Assembly (NCBI RefSeq): GCF_004010195.1
Contig: NC_057718.1
Location: forward strand, 10,656,474 to 10,714,200
DNA: 57,727 nucleotides
Direction: 5' to 3'
Origin: Chiloscyllium plagiosum
Taxonomy: Eukaryota
The notes below the pieces were generated by a model, which was given only the letters and a program-made list of their open reading frames with translations, was not told the origin of the DNA and did no database searches. Within the stretch, counting starts at the first letter, position 1. The number at the start of each line of letters is the position of its first letter. Made by a program: the position numbers and the translations under genes. Shown here in pieces: positions 11,143 to 22,713 of this stretch.

Positions 11143-13135
11143 CTATCCCAGAGTCATTGTTTGACGCAGCTACTTCATCATCGGTCTGAGACGGGCAAAA
11201 GACGGCATCACAGGAAGCCATGCATTCTGGCTCAATTGCATGTTGTAGTATGGTGATGAGTTTCCAGCTACGATTGGTGAACATCCCACCTTTGAAAAGT
11301 TCTGTTGTCAGTATTATGTCCCATCTGTGCTTCACCCTGTGACTGTCGTATTTTCTTTAGCCGTATGACTTGCAAAGCGCTGCCACATTGGAAAAGCGCT
11401 TTTCCTTAATTGAAGTATAGGTGGGTTGGAGACAGGTGGGGTGGGAGGGGAGGGGGAAGAAGGTTGCTTAATCTGACGTGGATGCGCCACAGAAGAGCTA
11501 TAAAGTGAGGGGTCTGCACAGAATGAAGTATCACTAGATACTTTTTTGTGAACTCTTTCAAAACATTGTATCGCTTTATATATGCCAGTGATGTGCATGT
11601 TTCCTCTATATGTTGTATAATCTTTGCACATTTGTTTTCCAAGAAGTGGGATGCTAGGTAAATTTTAATTACTTCCTCACAATGTTCCAGTAAACACAGT
11701 TTAAGAGGTTGCCCTGTGAGAGCCAAGTCCCACTACTTGTCAAAGTTTAAATTTTCATAAAATGCCATGGCTTTTGTGCACAAGTGTGAAAAAAAGTGAT
11801 GGTCACAAACTTGATGGTTAACTAGTTTTTTTTAAGTGACCATTTCAGTAAACATATTCAAATTGATTAATGGAATTTCAGTGAATTTGTCTGGATTCAA
11901 GCACAAAATTGAAGCATCTAGCTGTCCTTGCTCCAATGTGTATAGAATTTCTGACCCAGAAATGAAGCTACATTGCAAATCAGTTCCAAGTCCTAGGATT
12001 CAACTGATACACCAAGGCTGCCTTTATTTTAACTGAATGCTTTATTGAAGCCTTCCTCATCCTTGCCCACTCTTTTTCATCAAGCCAAACCATGAAACAG
12101 ATCTGTAATCCTTACTGTGTAGCATTTTGAGTTGTGTGGCTGAGGTTATGTAGTAATGCCTTCTATTTGTTTTGATACAAGAGCACACCATTGTAATTAT
12201 ATTGAGAATTTGTTAGCCTTGTGTTTCTGAAAAGTCAATTGGCCAAAGGAAGTTGAGATGATTTGTGTTTCATCATCTATCCTGAGCCAAATAGTACACA
12301 GTGTCCATAACATGATATGGGCATGGTTTTTTGGTGATTTTGTGTTGAGCAGAGGGAAAGGTAAAGACTGCTTGTAAGAACCAGTTTGCCAGTAACCTTT
12401 TCTGATTATGTCTTGCATTTTCTCAGCTTAGTTATGTTTTCTTGTATATGTTGTGGAATGCTTTCAATCCATTCTGCACATAGACAATGAAATTTTGAAA
12501 TGAAAAGAATTGAGACATGATACAACACAGTGAAAGGAAAAATTCATTGTGGGGTGGGGGAGCATTGGAGAATTAATTCGAGTTGCTGTAACTTTTGGGA
12601 ATTGCAAAACACTGTATTTGTGGCATTGTTTAAAGCCCTGTCTGCGTTCAATGCAGCATTCATTGGAGCAAATATACTATACTGAAAAAGCAATGTGTGG
12701 CTATTTTTTTTTTGTTGTTAACCCTGATTGTGTCACAAAACATTGTTTTGAACATATGTGTGGGCAAATACTCTTTGAAGTACCCGATTGGCTTTCAATT
12801 TGTGCATTGAAGAGGTTGGATCCAAAGTTGTCACTCGTTACACAGCACTGTAAAATTCTAAAGATCATTCAATGGGTATTTTGAAGCATTGCTTGCTGAG
12901 TTTTTTTTAATGAAAAACTACTTTGTTTGAACTATTTGGTCTATAATTAATTTGCTCTTGTTTGAATGTATTTTTTTGAGTGAGGGGTCAACATTGGAAC
13001 CTTCACATTCAAAACTTGACGAGAACTCGTCTTTAGTTAAAATAATCTTTTGAAAAATGCTTTTTTCCTGTGTTTTATGTTATGTTTATTGTTTCCTATT
13101 TTTACTTTAATAAAACTCTGGCAAGTAGTGTCCTA
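11143..13135 (+). other. NRBP1: NRBP1 3' UTR (inferred)
   Basis: About 2 kb with no recognisable transposon after the stop, U-rich, ending near AATAAA at 13109-13114. Confidence 0.65.
13109..13114 (+). terminator. Polyadenylation signal AATAAA, probably NRBP1
   Basis: AATAAA after a U-rich stretch; G15 tract downstream at 13177-13191; repeats resume at about 13560. Confidence 0.6.
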
Positions 13136-13559
13136 ATATGTAACAAACACACAATCCGTCCCTTAACATGGCCGCCGGGGGGGGGGGGGGGTGGCAGGGT
13201 TGGTTGGTGCTGTCAGTATACCATTGGTTTAACTAAGTACACATCAGGTGAAAAGACACCCATGTCCAAGTTTGTTTCAATTTGCAGTTTCAAGACTATA
13301 TCCCAGAATTGGGAAGTTGGCCTTTCCATTTCTACAGCTGCTTCAAATCTTTTGGTAACCCTTGGTTGCAGACACTTGCTGTAGTAATTTTCACAAGTCT
13401 GAAAAATTCTGCATCACTTGCCCTTTTGAGCGTGAGTCAGTTCTATTGGTATGATCTTTTACTTCAGTGGGCATTCACTGATCACTTGGAGTTTGTGAGA
13501 TTCTGTAGTCATGCAGGTTTTAGGGAGAACGCAGAGCCTTTTTCAATACTTAGAAGTAA

Positions 13560-14195
13560 GTGTTTGGTATGCCTGCCTTCATTGGTCAGTGCATTGAATA
13601 TAGGAGTTGGGAGGTCATGCTGCAGCTGTACAGGACATTGGTTAGACCACTTTTAGAATATTGCATTCTGTTCTGGTCTCCCTGCTATAGGAGGGATATT
13701 ATGAAACACAAAGGTTCAGAAAAGATTTACAAAGATGTTGTCAGGGTTGGTGCATGTGAGTTATTGGAAGAGGCTGAATAGACTGGCGCTATTTTCCCTG
13801 GAGCGTTGGAAGCTAAGTGGTGACCTTACGGAAGTTTATAAAATCATGTGGGGCATGGATAGAGTGAATAGCCAAGGTCTTTTCCCCGGGGTTGGGGAGT
13901 CCAAATCTAAAGGGCGTAGGTTTAAGGTGAGAGGGGAAAGATATAAAAGAGACCTAATGGGCAACTTTTTCACACAGATGGTGGGGCGTGTATGGAATGA
14001 GCTGCCAGAGGAAGTGGTGGAAGCTGGTACAATTACAACATTAAAAGGCATCTGGATGGGTATATGAATCGGAAGGGTTTAGAGAGATATTGGCCAATGC
14101 TGGCAAATGGGGCTAAATTAATTTTGGATATTTGGTCGCATGGACGAGTTGAACCAAAGGGTCTGTTTCTGTGCTGTACAGCTCTATGGCTCTAA
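13560..14195 (+). mobile_element. 5'-truncated CR1 LINE
   Basis: FIGQCIEYRSWEVMLQLYRTLVRPLLEYC; GDLTEVYKIM; FFTQMVGRVWNELPEEVV; CR1 tail. Confidence 0.93.
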
Positions 14196-16015
14196 ATAGT
14201 CCATTACTTGTGTTTTGTTAAAGGTTTAACACATTATTATACAAAAATTGAGCTATGCTGCTTAAGGAGCAGAGGACTGATCAAAAGGTAAAACTGACAT
14301 GCAACTCAAATACGTATACAGGATATGTTACAGAAATGTGAATATTCAAGCAAGGTCAGTGAATATTACAAATAAGTTGTTTTGTGTCTGTCACGTCTTT
14401 ATTTGAAGCCAATGAGACTCATTTACCACTTAGCCTCAATTAGCCATTGTAATCCTGTGTTGATGAGTGCAAAGGCGTAATTTTACAACATTGCCTTTTG
14501 TTCTATCGTTTTTCATCTTGGATCCCCTCCCTCCCCCCACATTCCTGAGAGCTAAGTTTATGAAAATTGATTTGGATGTCAGAACAATACTTTTTTTTAA
14601 AATCAATTTCTTCTGAGTTTTGCACTTCACCCTGGCGGGCAAGGATGGAGAATCCTCCTAATTTACATTAGTCACAAGGAGGATTTCTCACTATCTTAGC
14701 GAATATATAGTTCATTACATAACTCAATTTACAATCTGGTGCGTGTTGGTCATTTGTTTTCTGTACCGGGTTAAATTTGTTGACAGTTTGATAAATTTCC
14801 GTCTTTGTGGTCAGCACCCAATGCCAAACAGGTCAAAATTGCATTCCTGGTGAGAAGTTGTTTGTTTTTAAAAAAAAAAACTTCCCTTAAATTGTGAGAG
14901 ATAGCAAAGTGCAGAGACAACTTATTTTTAATGTGAATTTCATCATTTACTTTTCCTTTTCGAATATTTGTGTCACAGTAGATATTTAATTTCACCACCC
15001 TCCAAAGATAGAGGTATGGTACCGAAATGATTTGTTTTTGGCAATTGATAAAATTCATTTTTTTTTAGAAAAACTGCATCTTTTTAACAAAGCATTTCAA
15101 ATAATTTTGAACACATTGAACTCTTTTTAAACATTTCCATTGAAACCAGTGTTTCTTCCTTACAAATAACTATTCATAGAATGTTATAATTTTGTGACTT
15201 ACCTGAGTGAATCAGAGTCATACAGCACAGAAACAGACACTGTCCAACCAGTTCATGCTGACCATAATCCCAGCTAAACTAGTCCCAACTGCCTGCAATT
15301 GGCTCCTGTGAACATTTCTTATTCATGCACTTATCTGCATGCCTTTTAAATGTTGTAACTGCACCCACATCCATCACTTCCTGGAAGTTAATTCCACACG
15401 TGAACCAGATTTATTTTTTTTAAAAGAATTGATCCTCCTGTTGTCTTTAAATCTTTCTCCTCCAACCTTAAAAATATGCCTCATCATCTTGAAATCTGCC
15501 ACCTTGGGGAAATGATACTTGCCATTCAACTTATCTGTACCCTTGATGATTTATAACCCTCCACCTCCTGTGCTCCAGTGAAAAAAATCCCAGCCAATCC
15601 AGCCTTGCCTAATAAATCAAACATTTCATTCCCAGCAACATGTTGGTAATCTCTTCTGATTCTCCCCTTAATATCCTCCCTGTAACAGGGCAACCAAAAC
15701 TCGACATAGTACTCCAGAGGAGGCCTTACCAACATCCTGCACAACATCAATATAACGTCCCAACTCCTGTACTCTAAGGTCTGAGCAATGCTGCCTTAAC
15801 CATCCTATCTATATGTGACACAAGCTTCAAAGAATTATGTACCTGAACCCCTAGATCTCTGTTATATAACATTAGCCAAGGCCCTACTTTTAACTGTCCA
15901 AGTCCTGTCCTTATTTGTTTTTTTTACCAAAATGCAATACCTCGCAATCATCCAAATTAAACTTCATATTGAAAGTCTTCAGTCCATTGACCCAACTGAT
16001 CAAAATCTTTGTAAT

Positions 16016-17128
16016 TGTTGTGGTTCTGTTCGCCGAGCTGGGAATTTGTATTGCAGACGTTTCATCCCCTGTCTAGAGGTGACATCCTCAGTGCTCGGGA
16101 GTCTCCTGTGAAGCGCTTCTGTGATTGTTCCTCCGCCATTTGTAGTGGTTTGAATCTGCTGCTTCCGGTTGTCAGTTCCAGCTGTCCGTTGCAGTGGTCG
16201 GTATATTGGGTCCAGGTCGATGTGCTTATTGATTCAATCTGTGGATGAGTGCCATGCCTCTAGGAATTCCCTTCTCTTGATCCAACACACAAAAGAAGTT
16301 GCATCAAGACCCTATTCAAAAGGGCCACAACACACTGCAGTACACCAGAACTGCAAAAAGAGGAAGAAGAACACCTATACAATGTATTTGCCAAAAACGG
16401 ATACCCACGCAATTTAATCAACAGATGCGAAAGGGAAAGACAACGGAACGAGGACATGCGCAACCCAAAGGACTAGCCACACTACCATACATCAAGAGCA
16501 TTTCCGAACTGACAGCCAGACTACTGCGACCATTAGGACTCATAACAGCACACAAACCAACAGCCACTCTCAAACAACAACTCACCAGAACGAAGGACGC
16601 GATACCCAGCATGAGCAAAACTAATGTAGTGTACAAAATCCCATGCAAGGACTGCATAAAACACTACATAGGACAAACAGGAAGACAGCTAATGATCCGC
16701 ATCCATGAACACCAACTAGCCACGAAACGACACGACCAGCTATCCTTAGTAGCCACACACGCAGATGACAAGCAACATGAATTCGACTGGGACAACACTA
16801 CTATTATAGGACGAGCCAAACAGAGAACAGCCAGGGAATTCCTAGAGACATGGCACTCATCCACAGATTCAATCAATAAGCACATCGACCTGGACCCAAT
16901 ATACCGACCACTGCAGCAGACAGCTGGAACTGACAACCGGAAGCAGCAGATTCAAACCGCTACAAATGGCGGAGGAAAGATCACAGAAGCGCTTCACAGG
17001 AGGCTCCCGAGCATTGAGGATGTCACCTAGACAGGGGATGAAACATCTGCAACACAAATTCCCAGCTCGGCGAACAGAACCACAACAACGAGTACCCGAG
17101 CTACAAATCTTCTCTCAAACTTTGAATC
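16016..17128 (+). mobile_element. 5'-truncated Penelope-like element with inverted upstream pseudo-LTR
   Basis: GIY-YIG endonuclease NVVYKIPCKDCIKHYIGQTGRQLMIRIHEH; thumb region in another frame (RSCIKTLFKRA...NGYP); 16016-16272 is an inverted copy of ~16833-17087; TSD TCTTTGTAAT at 16006-16015 and 17129-17138. Confidence 0.95.
16053..16094 (-). ncRNA. Minimal type I hammerhead ribozyme motif, core intact
   Basis: Minus strand GCA-CUGAGGA-U-GUCACCU-CUAGAC-AGGGGAU-GAAA-C-GUC-UGC: stem I GCA/UGC, stem II, palindromic ACGU stem III. Confidence 0.8.
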
Positions 17129-18307
17129 TCTTTGTAATCTTAGACAACCTTCTTCACTGACCACTATATCACCAATTTTGTTGTCATCCCCAAACTTAGT
17201 AACCATGCCTTCTATGTTCTCCTCTAAATCATTTCTATAAATGACAAGCAAAAGTGGACCCAGCACCAATCCCTATAGAAGACTGTTCATAGGCCTCAAT
17301 CGGCAAGTTCACCCTGAAACCCGTGTGATCTAACTTTACTAATTTGTCTACCGTGCAGACCATTGTCAAAGGCTTTACTGAAGTCCAAATGGACAACGTC
17401 CACTGCTCTGCCCTCCTCAATCTTTTTTGTTACTTCCTCAAAAAACTCACTCAAATTTGTGAAATAAGATTTCCCTAACTTAAAAGCATGCTGACTAACC
17501 CTAATCAATTCTTGCTTCTCAATGCATTTAAATCCTATTTTCCAGAACTGCCTCCAACAACTTACCACCACCAAAGTCTGACTCTTGGGTCTGTAGTTGC
17601 TACGCATCTCCTTACATCCCTTCTTAAACAAAGGCACAACATTAGCCACTCTCCAGTCATCCGCCATCTCACTTGTAGTTAAAGATGATGCAAATATTTC
17701 TGCAAAGGCCCTACAAGTTCCTCCTAACTTTGCACAATGTCCTGGGATACACTAGATCAAACTGTGAAAATTTATCCACCTTTACATTTTAGAAGACTTC
17801 TAGCACTTCCTTTGCTGTAATGTTAACTGTTTTCAAAACATCAATATTTATTTCTGAGTTCTCTTGCCTTCATTTCTTAGTCTACAGCAAAAATTGACGT
17901 GAAATATTAATTTAATATCCCTCCCAAGTCTTGAGGTTCAACATAAAGATGACCATTTTGATCTTTAAGGGGCTCTATTCTCTCTAGTTGCTCTGTGCTC
18001 TTAGTGTAGAATCTGTTTAGTTTAGCCTTAACTTTATTAGTTAAGGGTGTCTCATCCTCTCTTTGTCTTCCTGATCTCCCTCTTAAGAATGTCCCATACT
18101 CCTGATTTTGTTCAAGAAAGGTATTTGAACTAAGTTGTCTATATCTAATATAGTTCATTTTATTCTTGATTGAAACTTCAATATCATTGATCCATTGTTC
18201 TCTAATCCTGCTAGCCTTACCTTTCACTCTAACAGGAACGTAAGGATGCTGAACTCATTATCAAACTTCTGAAAGCCTCCCACTTATCAGACACCCTTTT
18301 ACTTCGA

Positions 18308-19353
18308 GTCAGAGATGTACAGCATGTAAACAGACCCTTCGGTCCAACCCATCCGTGCCAACCAGATATCCCAATCCAATCTAGTCCCACCTGCCAGCAC
18401 CTGCCCCAAATCCGTCCAAACCCTTCCTATTCATATATCCATCCAAATGCCTCTTAAATGTTGCAATTCTACCAGCCTCCACCACTTCCTCTGGCAGCTC
18501 ATTCCATACCCGTACCACCCTCTGAAAAATTTGCCCCTTAGGTCTCTTATATCTTTACCCTCTCACCCTAAACCTATGCCCTCTAGTTCTGGACTCCCCG
18601 ACCCCAAGGAAAAGACTTTGCCTATTTACCCTATCCATGCCCCTCATAATTTTGTAAACCTCCATAAGGTCACTCCTCAGCCTCCAACGCTCCAGGGAAA
18701 ACATCCCCAGCCTGTTCAGCCTCTCTTTAGCTCATATCCTCCAACCCTGGCAACATCATTATAAATCTTTTCTGAACCCTTTCAAGCTTCACAATGTCTT
18801 TCCGATAGGAAGGAGACCAGAATTGCATGCAAAATTCCAACAGTGGCCTAACCAATGTCCTGTGCAGCTGCAACATGACCTCCCAACTCCTGTACTCAAT
18901 ACTCTGACCAATAAAGAAAAGCATATTAAACGCCTTCTTCACTATCCTATCTACCTGCGACTCCACTTTTAAGGAGCTATGAACCTGCACTCCAATGTCT
19001 CTTTGTTCAGCAGCACTCTCTAGGACCTTACCATTAAGTGTATAAGCCCTGCTAAGATTTGCTTTCCCAAAATGCAGCACCTCGCATTTATCTGAATTAA
19101 ATTCCATCTGCCACTTCTCAGCCCATTTGCCCATCTGGTCCAGATCCTGTTGTAATCTGAGGTAACCCACTTCGCTGTCCACTATACCTCCAATTTTGGT
19201 GTCATCTGCAAACTTACTAACTGTACCTCTTAGCTTCGCATCCAAGTCATTTACATAAATGACAATACGTAGAGGACCCAGCACCGATCCCTATGGCACT
19301 CCACTGGTCACAGGCCTCCAGTCTGAAAAACAACCCTCTCCCACCACCCTCTG
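18308..19353 (-). mobile_element. Younger 5'-truncated CR1 nested in the older CR1
   Basis: 185-aa open RT segment LGPLRIVIYVNDLD...SKFADDTKIGG...WQMEFNSDKCEVLHFG. Confidence 0.93.
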
Positions 19354-21329
19354 TAGAGGACCCAGCACGAACAGTCTGCCCCAATCAACGTTTGAAAGTT
19401 GTTGTTACATAGCATTAAAATATGCCTTACTCCAATTTTAAAAATTTTAAGTTTTAATGGAAACTTAAAACAAATAGAATTATGACCACTGAAACCAAAG
19501 TGTTCCCCTACTATCACTTTAGTGACTTGCCCTGACTTATTAGCCAAGAGAAGGTCATGTTTCGCTCCTTCTCTAGTAGGAACATTTAGATATTGATAAA
19601 GAAAATTTTCTTGAACACATTTAACAAGTTCTTCACCATCCAAACCATTAACACTATGGTAGTCCCAACCAATGTTTGGAAAATTCAAATCACCGACTAC
19701 TACAACCTTATTGTTCTTACATATATCTGACATCTCTACATATGTGTTCCTGAATTTCCTTCTGATTATTGGGGTGTGTCTATCGTACAGTCCCACTAAA
19801 GTGATGATTCCTTTTTTATTTCTAATTTCAACCCATTTATTTTCCGCTGGGGGGGAAAAAAAGTTTATTTTCCAGTTTTTTGCTTTCCATGGGGGAATAT
19901 CATCATCCTTTGAGTATGCTTGGCATTTTCCTTTTCTATGTGGCAAGTAAATTCATAAATAAATGTATTTCCCGTGGCGCACTGCAGAGTAGGAGAGCTA
20001 CACCTGTCTGAGATGCTACATTACTAGTGTGTGTAGCAGTTTTGGTGATGCAATCCAGCAGAGCAGTAAGTCATCTGTTTACCTTATCCCATTTTTGTTG
20101 TTTATTAACTACTTCAGATGATATTTTACTCTCATTGTCTTAGCCGTGACCAAAGGTCTTATCATTAAAGCTGTTAAAGGGGAGGGCGTGTCAATGGATT
20201 AGGCTGCACTGGTTGTATTTCTTCCCTCTTTTAACCTAATAGTCATAACTATGACTTGTCTGCCACACAAGAGGGAGGGGTGGGCAGTTGTACATAATCA
20301 TCACAAAACATTGTAAACAGTTGGTATAAGAATTTTTGATGCTTGGCATTTTTAAGTCTGTAATCTATACTGGAAAAAGAATTCTCTATTAAGTCATCTT
20401 TGCAATATCCCAGTATGTCTACATTGCTTTTTCTTATTTTTAATTCTTATGCTCAGCTTCCATTCTGAAGTGGTGATTGAAGTGTTTTGCACTGATTTGT
20501 ATTGTGAATTTCTGAATCTGCTGAAATGATGTGTTTTGGCTCATTGATGAGATGACAATGGTCTCTCCCCTCAAGGGGGAAAAAAATAATTCCAGCCTGC
20601 AATAGTTTGAATTATTTTAAGCATTTCCTTCACCAGCACTGCCTGTGGGTCTACACTGATACAATTTTTCCTACATTGTTCCTTTTTGGAGCAAGTTGGT
20701 TTATATTTTGGGTTGATGGAAAGATGTTGGTGTATAAAATTGCAGGGTGGCTCAATGCATTGATCATTGTAGCTTAGTTGAACAATGACAAATGCTTGCT
20801 CATGTCTTGTTTTCATATCAAGCAATTCTACTAAAATCAGTTATCCAGACTGTGATCAGCGGGATGTTATTGCATGAATTTTATGCTCCTACTTCAATGA
20901 CAATAATGCTTTACAGATGACTAGTTGTTACCAAATTGGTATCCACTGATATCTTGCATTGTTTGAAACAATGCATACTTCATATGGGCTGTCCGAAGAA
21001 ATCAACCATGAAGCAAAACCCAATATCATCTCAAGAGTATAATATTTAAATCTGCAATATTATATGAGCACATCTCCATATAAGTTAATTCTTTGGAATA
21101 CCTGTCACACAGCAGAAATTGACTGAAGGATTGATGATTCTACCTGTGTAATTGAAGTGTTATTGCACTCGAGCAAAAGCTAGTATTCCTGTCGATAGTA
21201 TCAAGGAGTGAAGTTGCTTTTCCAAAGTGATGGAAAAGACGGGGAATGGGGGTGATGGTGAATCTTGTATTTCATTCCAAATTTCAGTATGACTAATGAC
21301 TTAAACTCAAGGCTGGTTTCTGAGCTTTG

Positions 21330-22035
21330 ATGTTTGTTTGTTTTTAAAATATCATTCCTGGGATGTGGACATCACTGGAAAAGTCAATGTTTATTACCCA
21401 ACTCTAGTTGCTTTAGAGCCCAGGTATTTACTGAACCTTTGAGTTGACTGCATCACTGTGAAGAAATATAGGCTAGATCAGGTAAGAGTAAGATTTTCTT
21501 TTCTAAATAAACCAGTTGGGTTTTTACAGCAGTTGATAGGTGTCATATGATTGACATTGTGCTAACTTTTAATTCTAGGTTTTTGCTGAATTTAAATTTC
21601 ACCATCTGCCCTGGTGGGATTTGTATCCATGCCCCAGAATATTTAGGCTGGAGTTTTAGATTACTGATACAGTGACATTACCACTACACCACCACCTCAT
21701 ATAAAGTTGTTGCCTCCTGGTTTCCTATGTGTACATTATAACCATGTCTGTACTTCAAAGGTCCTTATGCTCCTGAAATATATAACTGCACATTCAGGGC
21801 AGTTAAGAGTCAACCACGTTTCTGTGGGTCTGGAAACACATGTAAGCCAGACCAGTTAAAGTCTGTAGATTTCATTCCCTAAAAGACTTTGGTGAATCAG
21901 GTGGATTTTTTTGTTAAATGACGTGATTGGCTTGGGCTAGTTTGTTGTATTTTATTCCTTTTCTTTGCCCCAAAGCATTAACCTGTGGTCCTGGATTACC
22001 ATTCCAGCAACATTATTACTATGCTACCATCTCCC
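21330..22035 (-). mobile_element. Two degraded tRNA-headed elements related to the head at 3771
   Basis: Reverse complements of the 3771-4050 head (aatttaaatttcaccatctgccctggtgggattt; gggcagttaagagtcaaccac); another copy at ~50300-50640. Confidence 0.6.
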
Positions 22036-22249
22036 TTAGATTTGTTTTGGTGTTTTGTTTCGAAAATTGGTTTGTTATCAAATCAGTTGCCTCTGTGATT
22101 TTTGAATTCCCTCATGTCAGCACTTGGTGGATGTTTGTGTGCAGGTTTCTGCTTCCCTCTTTCCTTTGGGTATAGTCTGCTTGCAAGGTAGTTTTAATCT
22201 TGATTGTTTTCTTGGCAAGTTACCTATTTGAACATAGAATCAGATTCAA

Positions 22250-22713
22250 TTGTGCTGTCACTATGCTTGCAGTTGAAGGCAGAGACAACTGGATAATGAT
22301 CAGGAATGACATCAGTGTGCTCTTGGCATGAACAAAAAGCAGAGTTTAGAGTAACTTTTTTCTGGAAAACTTGACTGAATTGATATAGTAACTATTACTA
22401 AAAATTGTTCCAATCCAGTAACATTCCATAAACGCACCTCTTGGCAAAAAGGTAAATTCAAACACAGATTCTTACTGGCAGGAGGATGCAGCTTCCAGAG
22501 AGAGATTTCAGAAGAAGGTCAGAAGAGTTCTTTACTGAAGCTTGCAACTCCCCTGCACACTCACATCTTGTGACTACTACAGCTAAAACAAACTAGAAAA
22601 ACCTGAATTGGGAGAACTGGCCACTCCCCTTCCTTCGGTACCTCCTGCCTTTATGACCTCTCTTCAAAAATAACCAAGGACAAATAACTTTGCCAAAGTA
22701 ACAGCATCATCAC
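22250..22713 (-). mobile_element. Possible solo LTR
   Basis: Minus strand starts TGTGATGATGCTGTTAC and resembles fish Gypsy-type LTRs; other end and TSD not resolved. Confidence 0.3.

Larger units (their letters stand above)
15210..19830 (-). mobile_element. Older long CR1 LINE (endonuclease to 3' end) interrupted by a Penelope element and a younger CR1
   Basis: VVVGDLNFPNI (endonuclease, ~19680), WRVANVVPLFKKG, LDFSKAFD, LGPLLLVIY..D, KFGDDNKIG; tail at ~15215. Confidence 0.88.

Noticed and set aside
11140..11256. Stop-codon readthrough of NRBP1 (TAG CTA T, then 37 open codons)
   Set aside because: The established motif is UGA-CUAG; this is UAG-CUAU, and 37 open codons is unremarkable without conservation data.
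16299..17030. Host or domesticated GIY-YIG gene
   Set aside because: TTG start, frameshift near 16458, flanked by an inverted pseudo-LTR and TSD: a truncated transposon.
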